From the IMG/VR virus record IMGVR_UViG_3300046002_008717, positions 47,729 to 111,728 of that record: 64,000 nucleotides of DNA. One strand, 5' to 3'. Shown here one piece after another: positions 37,858 to 47,317 of the stretch (its first letter is position 1; each line of letters starts with the position of its first letter). Made by a program: the position numbers and the translations under genes. The DNA comes from a virus. Under the pieces are notes generated by a model. That model worked only from the letters and a program-made list of their open reading frames with translations, did no database searches and had not been told where the DNA came from.

Positions 37858-37894
37858 AAAAGCTTTCTTCGATATATAGAAGAAAGCTTTTTTT
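37858..37894 (+). promoter_or_regulatory. 13-bp perfect hairpin/terminator whose loop is the late motif GATATATA
   Basis: AAAAGCTTTCTTC-GATATATA-GAAGAAAGCTTTT, then TTT and ATG 37895. Confidence 0.75.
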
Positions 37895-38701
37895 ATGCGC
37901 AATATATTAGGATTTGCTATATTTTCCGATGAATATCTAAACGAAAAACAAATCAATAGTTTTTATCACGATGAACTTTGTCCTATTTTTTGGAAAGCCA
38001 AAAAAAATTCGGATGGGAATACTACATGGGTATTTGATCAAAGAATAAGAAAAAAATTAATAAGAGTAGCCAATGATTTCTTTTCCAATTTTAGTGAGAT
38101 CATAGGAAATAGAAAAATAAAGGATATTCAACTTACTGGCTCGCTTTCCAATTTTAACTATACTGATTTTTCTGATCTTGATATACACGTTATGATTGAT
38201 CTTAGTGGAATAGATGATGATAATAAGAAAGTTCTGGTATCTGCAATAAACGGAATAAGATTTATATGGAACAAGAGACATGATATATCGATAAGAGGAT
38301 ATGATGCAGAATTATATCTGCAGGATATAAAAGAAGAACATGTTGCATCTGGTTTATTTTCTTTGATGAATAACGAATGGATAAAAAAACCTATATTCAA
38401 TCCGCCGGAGATAGATGATAGAGATATAGATCTTAAATATAACTTATTATCAAAGGATATAGAAATATTACATGATCGATTAAATATATCGGGATTAACT
38501 GCAGCTAATGCTAAAATGCTTTATGCCCGATGTATTAAACTAAAATCTAAAATTCATAAGATGAGAAAGGAAGGTCTATCCGAGGGCGGTGAAATGTCTA
38601 TAGGAAACCTCGTATTTAAAAAGCTTAGAAATGAGGGATATATAGAGAAACTAATAGATATTATATCTAAATCCTACGATAAAATTTATACAGAAAAATG
38701 A
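37895..38701 (+). CDS. Pol beta-superfamily nucleotidyltransferase
   Basis: LTGSLSNFNYTDFSDLDIH (GS..DxD motif) and a downstream acidic residue in DAELY. Confidence 0.8.
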   Translation: MRNILGFAIFSDEYLNEKQINSFYHDELCPIFWKAKKNSDGNTTWVFDQRIRKKLIRVANDFFSNFSEIIGNRKIKDIQLTGSLSNFNYTDFSDLDIHVMIDLSGIDDDNKKVLVSAINGIRFIWNKRHDISIRGYDAELYLQDIKEEHVASGLFSLMNNEWIKKPIFNPPEIDDRDIDLKYNLLSKDIEILHDRLNISGLTAANAKMLYARCIKLKSKIHKMRKEGLSEGGEMSIGNLVFKKLRNEGYIEKLIDIISKSYDKIYTEK

Positions 38702-41187
38702 TTATATTATTACCGATTAAAGGGAAATACAATAGGAATGATAAATTCCCATTTATTACTATCCCGATGGATATGCCAAATGCGGAAGAAAAAACATTTG
38801 ATGATTTTCAATGGTGGGCATATTCTAAAGATTTTGCTAAATGGAGAGCACAGAATCCAAGATCTTGGGTAGCAGATTCTGAGAATAATGATATTAAATA
38901 TGCTGATTATTCATTTATACCGGAAAATTCCGTATATAATATTTCATCTAATTACGCAGCAATAGATAAAGATGCTTTAATGTCATATAATAATTTTGGA
39001 AAGGATCTATCCGTTTATGAATATGACGATTCAGAGAAAAGTGAGGATGATAAGAAATTCTTAAAATTCCATTTTGCGTATAATAAATTAATAAGCGATG
39101 GGAAATTAGATAAAAGTATAGCTGTATCATCTATATCAACTAAATCGGACAAAGCTTTATTTTTATTAATGAAGGATGATAAAGGAGAAAATTCTTTGCC
39201 CACTTTAAAAGCATATAGAATAAAACAATTTGGTGCATCCTCTGATAAGATAAAATTAGTAAATGTTACAGAAATGCTACCTGGTGGATCCATGAATAAA
39301 TACGATACTACCGCTAAATTACTGAAAAAGATTTCTGACGATGCTATTAAAATAGCTACCGGAATAGGGGTTGTTGGTATAGGATGGGGATTACTTAAGT
39401 TTAGTGCTAGAACGATCAGAGGTTTATTTTTATTGCGTTCGATTAGAGGTTTACCTACTACGACTGTTACAAATACGCCCGGACTTATGTCCAGATTGGC
39501 AACCAAATCTATGCCAACAGTAAAAACTATATTTGGACAAATCCCTGACATGGTTAAATTTAAAAATACCAGAAATGCAATAAAGTATGGTTATGGGTTT
39601 GGTAAAATGGCTGCAGACGCAGGTGGTGGAGCAGCATCTATTGCAAAATGGACAGCAAAAGGATTTTTGAGTGGGGCAAAAGCTACAGGTCTTAGAGGAG
39701 GTGCAAGGCTTATACCGTTTGTGGGTGAAATATTAATGGGCGCTGAAGTTATAGGTTCAATATTTAATTGGCAGTCTGATAATCAAGCTCCGACATTTAG
39801 AGAAGTTGATAATATAGGACATGAAGAATTTAATCCAAAAGCTCTAAAAGTCGGAGATAGTATAACTATCTGTTGGGCTCAACCAGCAGGAACTGGCGTA
39901 GGAATAGCTACATCTTTTGTATATAGTAATGACACTAGAACAACTGCAGAATTAGTTAAAATCGGGGATAATGGAAGCGAAACTATATTCATATTAACAC
40001 AAGTAAATTCCAAAGAATATCAGGAAGCTTTATCTAAACATGCACTTACACTAATATCAATAAATAATACGGAAGTTATCAATAAGCAATCCGGTGGATT
40101 TATGAATATAAGTAATGCCGTACGACGAGTGGTTGATAACGAAGATATTGATTTTAAGATATCCTATGTTGATAGTATTTCAAAATTAGCAATGCCATAT
40201 GTATATATGGGATCTTGTGATTGGTCCTTGCTATTAGACTATTATAATGATGCATCTGATCAATATATAACAACTGATGAAAATGCACCTGATAATTATG
40301 ATTTTTATTATAAGAATGAGAATGACAATTATATAAACGTATCCGGTAGATTGGTTACTAATGATGAATTAAAGAATAAAAGCGATAGCGATATTAATGA
40401 TTTATTCTTTCCAAAAGAGAAAGATAAAAATGAATCTATAATAACTGATTTTTCTTCTTTTAGCGTTATTAATGAGGGTGGGGATGAAGGTTCTTCTCCA
40501 GTTACGCTAACCCATAAAGAATTATCAGGACCAGCTAAAATTGCTATTTATAGATTAACTAAAAGTGAATATGCAGATCCTTCCAAGAATGAATATCAAC
40601 CTACCAAATTTAAAAATTTTATGATAGATCCAGCTGATTATAATGCTAGTGATAACGAATCTATAATGGTTGAAATTAATTATACAGGAGAAGTAATAAA
40701 TGATCCTAAAAGGGGGATTTATAAATTTTCTAAAGATAACAAGGATAAAGAAGATGAAACCGATAAACACACTTCTCCCGATGACGATAGCGAAGATAAT
40801 AATGGTGAAAATGATAAGGAGGATACCCTTGATAACGGTACAATAACCGATGATTACTATGTTAGTGCTAAACCTGAAGATATAAAAATAATAAAGCGTA
40901 AAGGAGCCACAGTGATAATAGATAAAAATAAGGATGATGGCTTTGATCTAGCTGGTAAATTTTTATCAGAAAAAGAAAAAGAAATATTAGGTATAGATTC
41001 TTGGGATTCTATAACATTAGCTAAAGGATATCTTGATAATAAAGGTAATATGATAGAAATCAAGCTTAAAAATAAATACGGAACTTCAGGTAACAGGGTT
41101 AAAAAATATAAAATAACTGATGGTGAAGCATTTGATATTGCCAAAAAATTTGTGGATACGGTTGAATCTAGAATAAAATATGAATAA
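38698..41187 (+). CDS. Large hypothetical protein, possibly virion-internal/ejected
   Basis: 829 aa with Gly/Ala-rich hydrophobic helices (GIGVVGIGWGLL, ARLIPFVGEILMG) and an internal NES...FSSFSVINEG motif. Confidence 0.6.
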   Translation: MIILLPIKGKYNRNDKFPFITIPMDMPNAEEKTFDDFQWWAYSKDFAKWRAQNPRSWVADSENNDIKYADYSFIPENSVYNISSNYAAIDKDALMSYNNFGKDLSVYEYDDSEKSEDDKKFLKFHFAYNKLISDGKLDKSIAVSSISTKSDKALFLLMKDDKGENSLPTLKAYRIKQFGASSDKIKLVNVTEMLPGGSMNKYDTTAKLLKKISDDAIKIATGIGVVGIGWGLLKFSARTIRGLFLLRSIRGLPTTTVTNTPGLMSRLATKSMPTVKTIFGQIPDMVKFKNTRNAIKYGYGFGKMAADAGGGAASIAKWTAKGFLSGAKATGLRGGARLIPFVGEILMGAEVIGSIFNWQSDNQAPTFREVDNIGHEEFNPKALKVGDSITICWAQPAGTGVGIATSFVYSNDTRTTAELVKIGDNGSETIFILTQVNSKEYQEALSKHALTLISINNTEVINKQSGGFMNISNAVRRVVDNEDIDFKISYVDSISKLAMPYVYMGSCDWSLLLDYYNDASDQYITTDENAPDNYDFYYKNENDNYINVSGRLVTNDELKNKSDSDINDLFFPKEKDKNESIITDFSSFSVINEGGDEGSSPVTLTHKELSGPAKIAIYRLTKSEYADPSKNEYQPTKFKNFMIDPADYNASDNESIMVEINYTGEVINDPKRGIYKFSKDNKDKEDETDKHTSPDDDSEDNNGENDKEDTLDNGTITDDYYVSAKPEDIKIIKRKGATVIIDKNKDDGFDLAGKFLSEKEKEILGIDSWDSITLAKGYLDNKGNMIEIKLKNKYGTSGNRVKKYKITDGEAFDIAKKFVDTVESRIKYE

Positions 41188-41224
41188 ATATAATAAAAGT
41201 CAAAAAAATTCATATATCGTTAGT

Positions 41225-41232
41225 GATATATA
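41225..41232 (+). promoter_or_regulatory. Putative late promoter GATATATA
   Basis: Upstream of the protease/capsid operon. Confidence 0.7.
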
Positions 41233-41246
41233 GATAATATAAAAAT

Positions 41247-43217
41247 ATGTATAAAATGTCAATAAATAAAATGTTAAACGAGAATTTGGTTTTTATTCTA
41301 GATAGACAAACTTCTATCCTGGAATCAACTAAGATTGATTCTGAGCATTATGTACTGGAAGGTACGGCTGCTGTTTTCGGAAAGGAAAACAACAATGCAA
41401 GAATTTACGAAGAAGCAGAATATCTACCTCATCTAAATTATCTTAATGAGAAAATAGCTCAAAGAAGATTAGTTGGTGAATTAGATCACCCTGAGAAATT
41501 TGACGTTTCGCTTAAAAACATTTCACATATAATAGAAGGTCTTAATTACGATAAGGATACAAGAGAATTAAAAATAAAAGTTAGACTTTTAGATACCCCG
41601 ATGGGTTTAATAGCTAAAAATCTTGTTGATGCTGGTGTACCTTTATCTATATCATCTAGAGCTGCTGGATCAGTAGGTAATGATAAAAAGGTAATGATCA
41701 AAAAAATATTTACATATGATCTAGTTGCTGATCCTGGTTTTCAAGATGCCCAACTAGGTAGAGTATATGAAAGCGTTGGATATTCATCGGAAGATTTCTC
41801 TAATATTAAGGATAAAGATGTAACTAATAACTTATTTTGTTTAAATGAGCAATTGGGTCTAAAAAATGAATCTGGTATGAAGATATATAAAGTTGAAAAT
41901 AACGAGGAATTTAATAAACTCGTATCGACATTGGACAAAAATAAACAAACACTCATGGAGAATAATGAATTCGTTACTACTGAAGATCTTAATGGATATT
42001 CAATCTTTCTAAAAAAAGAAATGGATGCTATGAATACCAAGATTTCTGAACTTAAAGAGTCAAAGGAATCATTAACTGAATCAGCTATAGAAGATAGAAA
42101 TACAGAATTAGAAGAAAGAGTTATTAAATTAGAAAAATATTCTGAATATTTAGCTGAAAATCTGGACAATGCTATTAAATACGGAGAATATCTTGCAAAA
42201 AATTTAGATGAAAGTATTAACTATAGTAAATATCTTGCTGAAAATTTAGATACTAATATTACATATACTAAATCTGTTGATGAAAATGTAACTAAAGGAA
42301 TTTCTTATTCTGAATATGTTGCAGAAAGTGTTGATAGAAGTATAGAATATTCCAAATATCTTGCTGAGAAAGTTGATCAGAATATACAATATTCTGAATA
42401 CATAGGTGAAAATTTAGAAAAAGGAATAGCTTATAGCGAATATCTAGGTGAGAATTTAGAAAAAGGAATAGCTTATACCGAGTATCTTGCAGAAAATTTA
42501 AATAATGGAATTAAAAAGACTGAAGCATTAGATGAGACAGTTAATAAAAATATACAATATGCTAATTATTTAGCAGAAAATGTTAACAAAGGTTTGGATT
42601 ATTCCGAATATATTTCAGAGAGATTAACAAAATCTATTTCATATACTGAATATATAAGTGAAAGTATAAATACTAACACTATGAAACCAAGTGAAACATT
42701 AAGAGAAGGCGTAGAACTTTCATCTGAAGCAGGATTAAACGAATCTGGTTTTGGTGGAGATTATACAGATCTTACAAGTAAAATAGATAATTTGATAGAA
42801 TCAGTTAAAACACAAAAAACTGAATCAGATATAAATGAAGCTTCTAATAAAATGAAGCAAGTAGCCAATACACAAGAGGCTAAAGAAGAAGAAGTTCTTA
42901 ACGAAAAGGAAAACACTAATAAAACTGGACTTAAGTTTATAGACGAAATTCCTGAAGATTATGCTAAAGTATGGGAATCACTTACAGATGGTCACAAGCA
43001 ATCAATTATTGCTCAAAGCCACACCTGGAATTTAGATACACCATACCAGATCAGAAACTTCTGGTCAACACGTCAACTTGGAACAGCTCCAATAGGGGTT
43101 CAAAAATTAGACGAGAATGAAAACACGGAAATATCCAATACACCAACATTAGGTTATAGCAACGATTATATGGCTGCTATCGCTTCAGCATTGGATAAAA
43201 AATTCCAAATAAGATAA
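41247..43217 (+). CDS. Prohead protease (gp21-like) fused to a scaffold/core domain
   Basis: NNNARIY, GELDHP, ISHII, LDTPMG, ISSRAAG, TYDLVADPGF. Followed by a coiled-coil region with 14-aa repeats. Confidence 0.92.
   Translation: MYKMSINKMLNENLVFILDRQTSILESTKIDSEHYVLEGTAAVFGKENNNARIYEEAEYLPHLNYLNEKIAQRRLVGELDHPEKFDVSLKNISHIIEGLNYDKDTRELKIKVRLLDTPMGLIAKNLVDAGVPLSISSRAAGSVGNDKKVMIKKIFTYDLVADPGFQDAQLGRVYESVGYSSEDFSNIKDKDVTNNLFCLNEQLGLKNESGMKIYKVENNEEFNKLVSTLDKNKQTLMENNEFVTTEDLNGYSIFLKKEMDAMNTKISELKESKESLTESAIEDRNTELEERVIKLEKYSEYLAENLDNAIKYGEYLAKNLDESINYSKYLAENLDTNITYTKSVDENVTKGISYSEYVAESVDRSIEYSKYLAEKVDQNIQYSEYIGENLEKGIAYSEYLGENLEKGIAYTEYLAENLNNGIKKTEALDETVNKNIQYANYLAENVNKGLDYSEYISERLTKSISYTEYISESINTNTMKPSETLREGVELSSEAGLNESGFGGDYTDLTSKIDNLIESVKTQKTESDINEASNKMKQVANTQEAKEEEVLNEKENTNKTGLKFIDEIPEDYAKVWESLTDGHKQSIIAQSHTWNLDTPYQIRNFWSTRQLGTAPIGVQKLDENENTEISNTPTLGYSNDYMAAIASALDKKFQIR
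42138..42675 (+). repeat. ~13 coding tandem repeats of 14 aa (42 bp), consensus YSEYLAENLDKGIx
   Basis: YSEYLAENLDNAIK, YGEYLAKNLDESIN, YSKYLAENLDTNIT ... YTEYISESINT. Confidence 0.85.
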
Positions 43218-43233
43218 AAAAATTAATTAAATC

Positions 43234-44907
43234 ATGAAATTGATTAACGAACAAGAAATCTACGATACCTGGTCACCGCTTATTGAAAGCAAAGCTGGTA
43301 TTACAGACGAAAATAAAAAAGTATGGTTGACTAAATATTGTCATTACCATTCATTAAACGAATCTGCCGGAGCTTATAATTCATTAGGAGTTGTAAACGG
43401 TATGGGTAACGTTGCTGCACCGGTATATCCTACTGGTAATGCTAATACTGCATTTTACAATACAGGAAATCAAGGTTCAGGAGATAAATTCCCTTCATTA
43501 TTGCCTTTAGCTATACAAGTAGCTGCTAAGACAATCGGGTTTGATATCGTACCTGTTATACCTATGTCAGGACCAACAGGTATCTTATCTTACTTAGATT
43601 ATGTATACGCTGGTGGTAAAATTGGAGCTGCTTCTGCATCTACTGCTGCTGATCAGTTAGCTTCTGCACCTTCTATGATTAAATTCCCAGTTGAGGTAGC
43701 AGGAATTACAGGTGGTACTGGCGCTAGCGCTACTACTTTTACTGTTGGTACTACTTACACTGTTAATACTACTTTAGAATTAACATTCATCGGATTATCA
43801 AGAATAGATGGATTCCCTATATTTAAAGTAACTGCAATAGCACAAGGTAGCAATATCTCTACTTATTTCAACGGTACTTCTTATCAGGTTGGAACTAGCG
43901 GATTCTATACAGTGGGAACAGCAGGTTCTGCACAATTAGTTAAAGCTTTGCAAGATCATATTCAAGGATATGTTGGAGCTGGTTCTACTAATAGTGATGC
44001 TTGGCAAGGTCCTTATGTAGATGGTACTAAAACGTACAACCCTATGTTAAGAGGAACTGGTGAGTCTACTTACTATAACTCAATGGGTCTTTCAACTTTC
44101 ACTAAATTCGTTGAAGCTGAAACTTTCCAAGTAGCTGCTGCAGTTACAACTGAGCAAATTCAGGATCTTAACAAACAATTCGGTATCGACGTTATCTCAA
44201 TGATCGAAAACGCATTGGTTAATGAAGTTTCTCAGGCTATTAACAAACACATACTTTCAAGAGCATTTGCTCTAGGATGGTCAAATCACTTACAATTTAG
44301 CTTAGTTGAAAGTCAAAACCTTAACCTTAACTTAGTGTTAAGTGGTGCTGCTGGTACAACTTTAGCGTATGTGAAAAAAGACGACACTGCATCAACTATG
44401 GTAATCCCTGCTGGTCCAGTATCAGGAGGATATGAAAACTTATCAACTCTACAAAGAAGATTGTTTTCAAGAATACTTGCAGGTGCTAATGTAGTTGCAA
44501 ATAGAGGTAGAAGAGGACCTGCTAACTTCATCGTTACTAACGCTGCTTTAGCTAGTGCACTTCAAGATATTTCTCAGTTCACTTTTGCTCCATTCTCTAA
44601 TACTTTAACTCAAAATAATGGTACTTTATACCCTGTAGGTTCACTTGCTGGTATGACCGTTTATGTAGATCAGAACATGAACTACAACGATACCAGAATC
44701 TTGATCGGTAGAAAAGGTGGTGACGATGAGCCAGGTATTAAATTCATGCCTTACATGATGGCAGAAAGCATTCAGACAATCTCTGAAGGTACTATGTCAC
44801 CTAAAATCGCGGTAAAATCTAGATATGCTTTAGTTGAAGCTGGATTCTTACCAGAAACTATGTACTTAACATTATTTGTACAAGTACCAGTTGGTGGTTT
44901 GGCATAA
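43234..44907 (+). CDS. Major capsid protein (T4 gp23-like)
   Basis: DIVPVIPMSGPTG, TTEQIQDL, LVNEVSQAINKHI, RRGPANFIV, VGSLAG..VYVD, FMPY, PKIAVKSRYAL. SLNES likely maturation cleavage site. Confidence 0.95.
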   Translation: MKLINEQEIYDTWSPLIESKAGITDENKKVWLTKYCHYHSLNESAGAYNSLGVVNGMGNVAAPVYPTGNANTAFYNTGNQGSGDKFPSLLPLAIQVAAKTIGFDIVPVIPMSGPTGILSYLDYVYAGGKIGAASASTAADQLASAPSMIKFPVEVAGITGGTGASATTFTVGTTYTVNTTLELTFIGLSRIDGFPIFKVTAIAQGSNISTYFNGTSYQVGTSGFYTVGTAGSAQLVKALQDHIQGYVGAGSTNSDAWQGPYVDGTKTYNPMLRGTGESTYYNSMGLSTFTKFVEAETFQVAAAVTTEQIQDLNKQFGIDVISMIENALVNEVSQAINKHILSRAFALGWSNHLQFSLVESQNLNLNLVLSGAAGTTLAYVKKDDTASTMVIPAGPVSGGYENLSTLQRRLFSRILAGANVVANRGRRGPANFIVTNAALASALQDISQFTFAPFSNTLTQNNGTLYPVGSLAGMTVYVDQNMNYNDTRILIGRKGGDDEPGIKFMPYMMAESIQTISEGTMSPKIAVKSRYALVEAGFLPETMYLTLFVQVPVGGLA

Positions 44908-44925
44908 TACTTTAAATAGTTATTT

Positions 44926-44957
44926 AAAAGTCCTAAGTTTACTTAGGACTTTTTTTT
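44926..44957 (+). terminator. Intrinsic terminator after the major capsid gene
   Basis: AAAAGTCCTAAGT-TT-ACTTAGGACTTTTTTTT. Confidence 0.85.
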
Positions 44958-44985
44958 GTTAGATATAAATAAGTTATAACATGTT

Positions 44986-44993
44986 GATATATA
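44986..44993 (+). promoter_or_regulatory. Putative late promoter GATATATA
   Basis: Upstream of ATG 45016; a GATATAAATA variant also occurs at 44962. Confidence 0.7.
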
Positions 44994-45015
44994 CATAGAA
45001 AAATATAACAATCAT

Positions 45016-46155
45016 ATGATAAATATGCCTTCCTTCTCTGAGTTTCTTGAATACGATTCACTTATAGAGAGTATCGATATTAAATTGGTAGAAGAATTAA
45101 AAGAAATTGATATTACTAACCTTGAATATAATATAAACGAAGGTCGAATTGGTAATATATTAAAAAATAAATTATCTAAATTCCTATTAGGATCTTTTTC
45201 TGGTATAGGTATGTTAGATCAGGCGGTAAGCATAATATTATCTTTAGAAATAGATCTGGTAAAGAAAGAATATGCACTTGAAGATACTATAGCCAATATA
45301 GAAAAAGAGATAAAAGAAACTAGTGATAATGATAGAAAACTTGCATTGCAAAATGAAAAAGTTGCAAAGATAAGAGAATTTGAAGCATTCAACAAAGCAC
45401 AGGAACTTAAAATTAAGAAATCCAAAAATGTTGCTAAAAAATTAGTGGATGATAATCATAGAAGAAGAGAATATTTGGAGGGATGCTACGCTGAAAACGC
45501 GCTTGCACTTGCTGAGGTTGAATATGATTTAGCAAAAGCCCACTCTGAAGATCAGAGTAAACTTAGTAAATATGCAGATAAGGTAAAAACCGCTAGTGCT
45601 GAAGTTGATGCATTAGCAAAGGAAATGGAGGAAGAAGTTGATAGTGCAAATAAACGAAAATCCAATCTGGATGATTTTTCAATCAACCCAGAACCTGAGA
45701 AGAAATTATTAACCAAAAAAAGAGGTGGTGATATAATTAAAAGGAAAAATGAATTAGAAAAAGAAATATCCGATACTAAAGCTGATATGGAAAGAAAGCT
45801 TAATGCATTAGAAGCTAAACTTAAAAGATCAGATAAACCACTTAGTCCTAGATATTTAGAAAATAATAAATTGGATATAATAGAAATGGCTGCAACTCTT
45901 GATTATAAAAGAAATCTTTTAGCAACTCTTTCAAGTTTGGGTAAATCCGTTGTTGGGATAGATAAGAATCTAGATAACAAAGATGCTGTATCTAATGCTT
46001 TATCTAAAGTAAATGCAAATGCAAACACTGCAAAATCTGCATCTGGACCTCTTTCTAAAGAACTTAAAAATAAGCTTTCATTAGTTGGTATTAATAAATC
46101 TGGTAAATTAACTCTTGATACGATTGAACAAATCAGAAAAAAATTAAATTTATAA
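45016..46155 (+). CDS. Coiled-coil putative internal head protein
   Basis: N-terminus PSFSEFLE..LIES, INEG; helical. Appears paralogous to 46155..47051. Confidence 0.6.
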   Translation: MINMPSFSEFLEYDSLIESIDIKLVEELKEIDITNLEYNINEGRIGNILKNKLSKFLLGSFSGIGMLDQAVSIILSLEIDLVKKEYALEDTIANIEKEIKETSDNDRKLALQNEKVAKIREFEAFNKAQELKIKKSKNVAKKLVDDNHRRREYLEGCYAENALALAEVEYDLAKAHSEDQSKLSKYADKVKTASAEVDALAKEMEEEVDSANKRKSNLDDFSINPEPEKKLLTKKRGGDIIKRKNELEKEISDTKADMERKLNALEAKLKRSDKPLSPRYLENNKLDIIEMAATLDYKRNLLATLSSLGKSVVGIDKNLDNKDAVSNALSKVNANANTAKSASGPLSKELKNKLSLVGINKSGKLTLDTIEQIRKKLNL

Positions 46156-47051
46156 TGACTTTAAAATTTAAGGAATGGTCAGTATTGAACGAATCTGGCA
46201 TGGAAGATAAAATTAAAGATTGGTTTAGTAGCAATTTTGGTGGGGCTAATAGTAAATTAAATAATCTATTAGGTGAATATAAATCTGCTGAACTTGAATA
46301 TCTGGATGAATGGGAGAAAATACATGATGCCATAGATAAACTTTCATTAGAAAGATCACAGATCAAAAGCGATCCTGCGGAATTGAAAAAAACCGATAAA
46401 TTTATACAGAGAAATAATGAATCTCTTGCTGCTGGTGAAAAAGCACATTCTAGAAAGATTGATTATATAATGAATAAGGTTAAGAAAGTTATAGACGAGG
46501 ACGAAAGACTTAAAAAGTATTGGGAATTAAATAAATCTAAACTTGATTCAGAAATAGCAGAGGATATGTATAATAGATCTAAGGATCTAGCAAGTAGCAC
46601 ATTATCTGGTGAATTATATAATAAATATAAAGCAGCTGTATTAAAAGCAAAAGATAGGGATACCGAATTCAAAAAAGAATATGGTGATCTTTTAAGCGGT
46701 TCTGATTTTAGATCGGAAAGCTCAGGTACTAATAGAAGTAAAGTAATTGGATCTGCTGGTGAAGTCAGTGGTTATGCTAAAATGAATCTTGGTGATTTTT
46801 CTAGAAGCGTTAAAAACATGGATCCTAAACAAATAAAAGATCTAGTTGCTAAATTAGTACAGAATAGAAATGAATTATATACGCAAATGGAAGTAGAGAG
46901 AGAAGCTCTTAATGATCTTATTTCTAAAAAAGAAGGTGATGGCGCAACTAAGGAAAGCGCTGCTAATAAGGTTACTGAAATCCGTGCTAAATATATGGAT
47001 AAAATTAAGGAATTACGTTCAAAAATAACAATAGCAAGAAGAAATGATTAG
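46155..47051 (+). CDS. Coiled-coil putative internal head protein
   Basis: N-terminus LKFKEWSVLNES; helical. Confidence 0.6.
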   Translation: MTLKFKEWSVLNESGMEDKIKDWFSSNFGGANSKLNNLLGEYKSAELEYLDEWEKIHDAIDKLSLERSQIKSDPAELKKTDKFIQRNNESLAAGEKAHSRKIDYIMNKVKKVIDEDERLKKYWELNKSKLDSEIAEDMYNRSKDLASSTLSGELYNKYKAAVLKAKDRDTEFKKEYGDLLSGSDFRSESSGTNRSKVIGSAGEVSGYAKMNLGDFSRSVKNMDPKQIKDLVAKLVQNRNELYTQMEVEREALNDLISKKEGDGATKESAANKVTEIRAKYMDKIKELRSKITIARRND

Positions 47052-47304
47052 TTATAAAGATTATAGTAAATTAACGGAGGCATCAGATAATACTAAGTTA
47101 CAAGAGATTAAACTTAATATTGCTAAAAAATTTGATGATATAACAGAAGCTAAAAAATTAAAAAAACCAGGGGATAGAAATTCCGAAATTCTAAGTGTAG
47201 ATAAGCAAGCTGCTATATATTTGGAAATTTCTGGATTGATGAAAATGCTTTCCGGAGAGATGAGAAAGCCAACAGTGACTAAGCCGTCTACAGATACATA
47301 CTAA
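47044..47304 (+). CDS. Small putative internal head protein
   Basis: MISYKDYSKLTEA. Confidence 0.6.
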   Translation: MISYKDYSKLTEASDNTKLQEIKLNIAKKFDDITEAKKLKKPGDRNSEILSVDKQAAIYLEISGLMKMLSGEMRKPTVTKPSTDTY

Positions 47305-47317
47305 AAAATAAAAAGAC

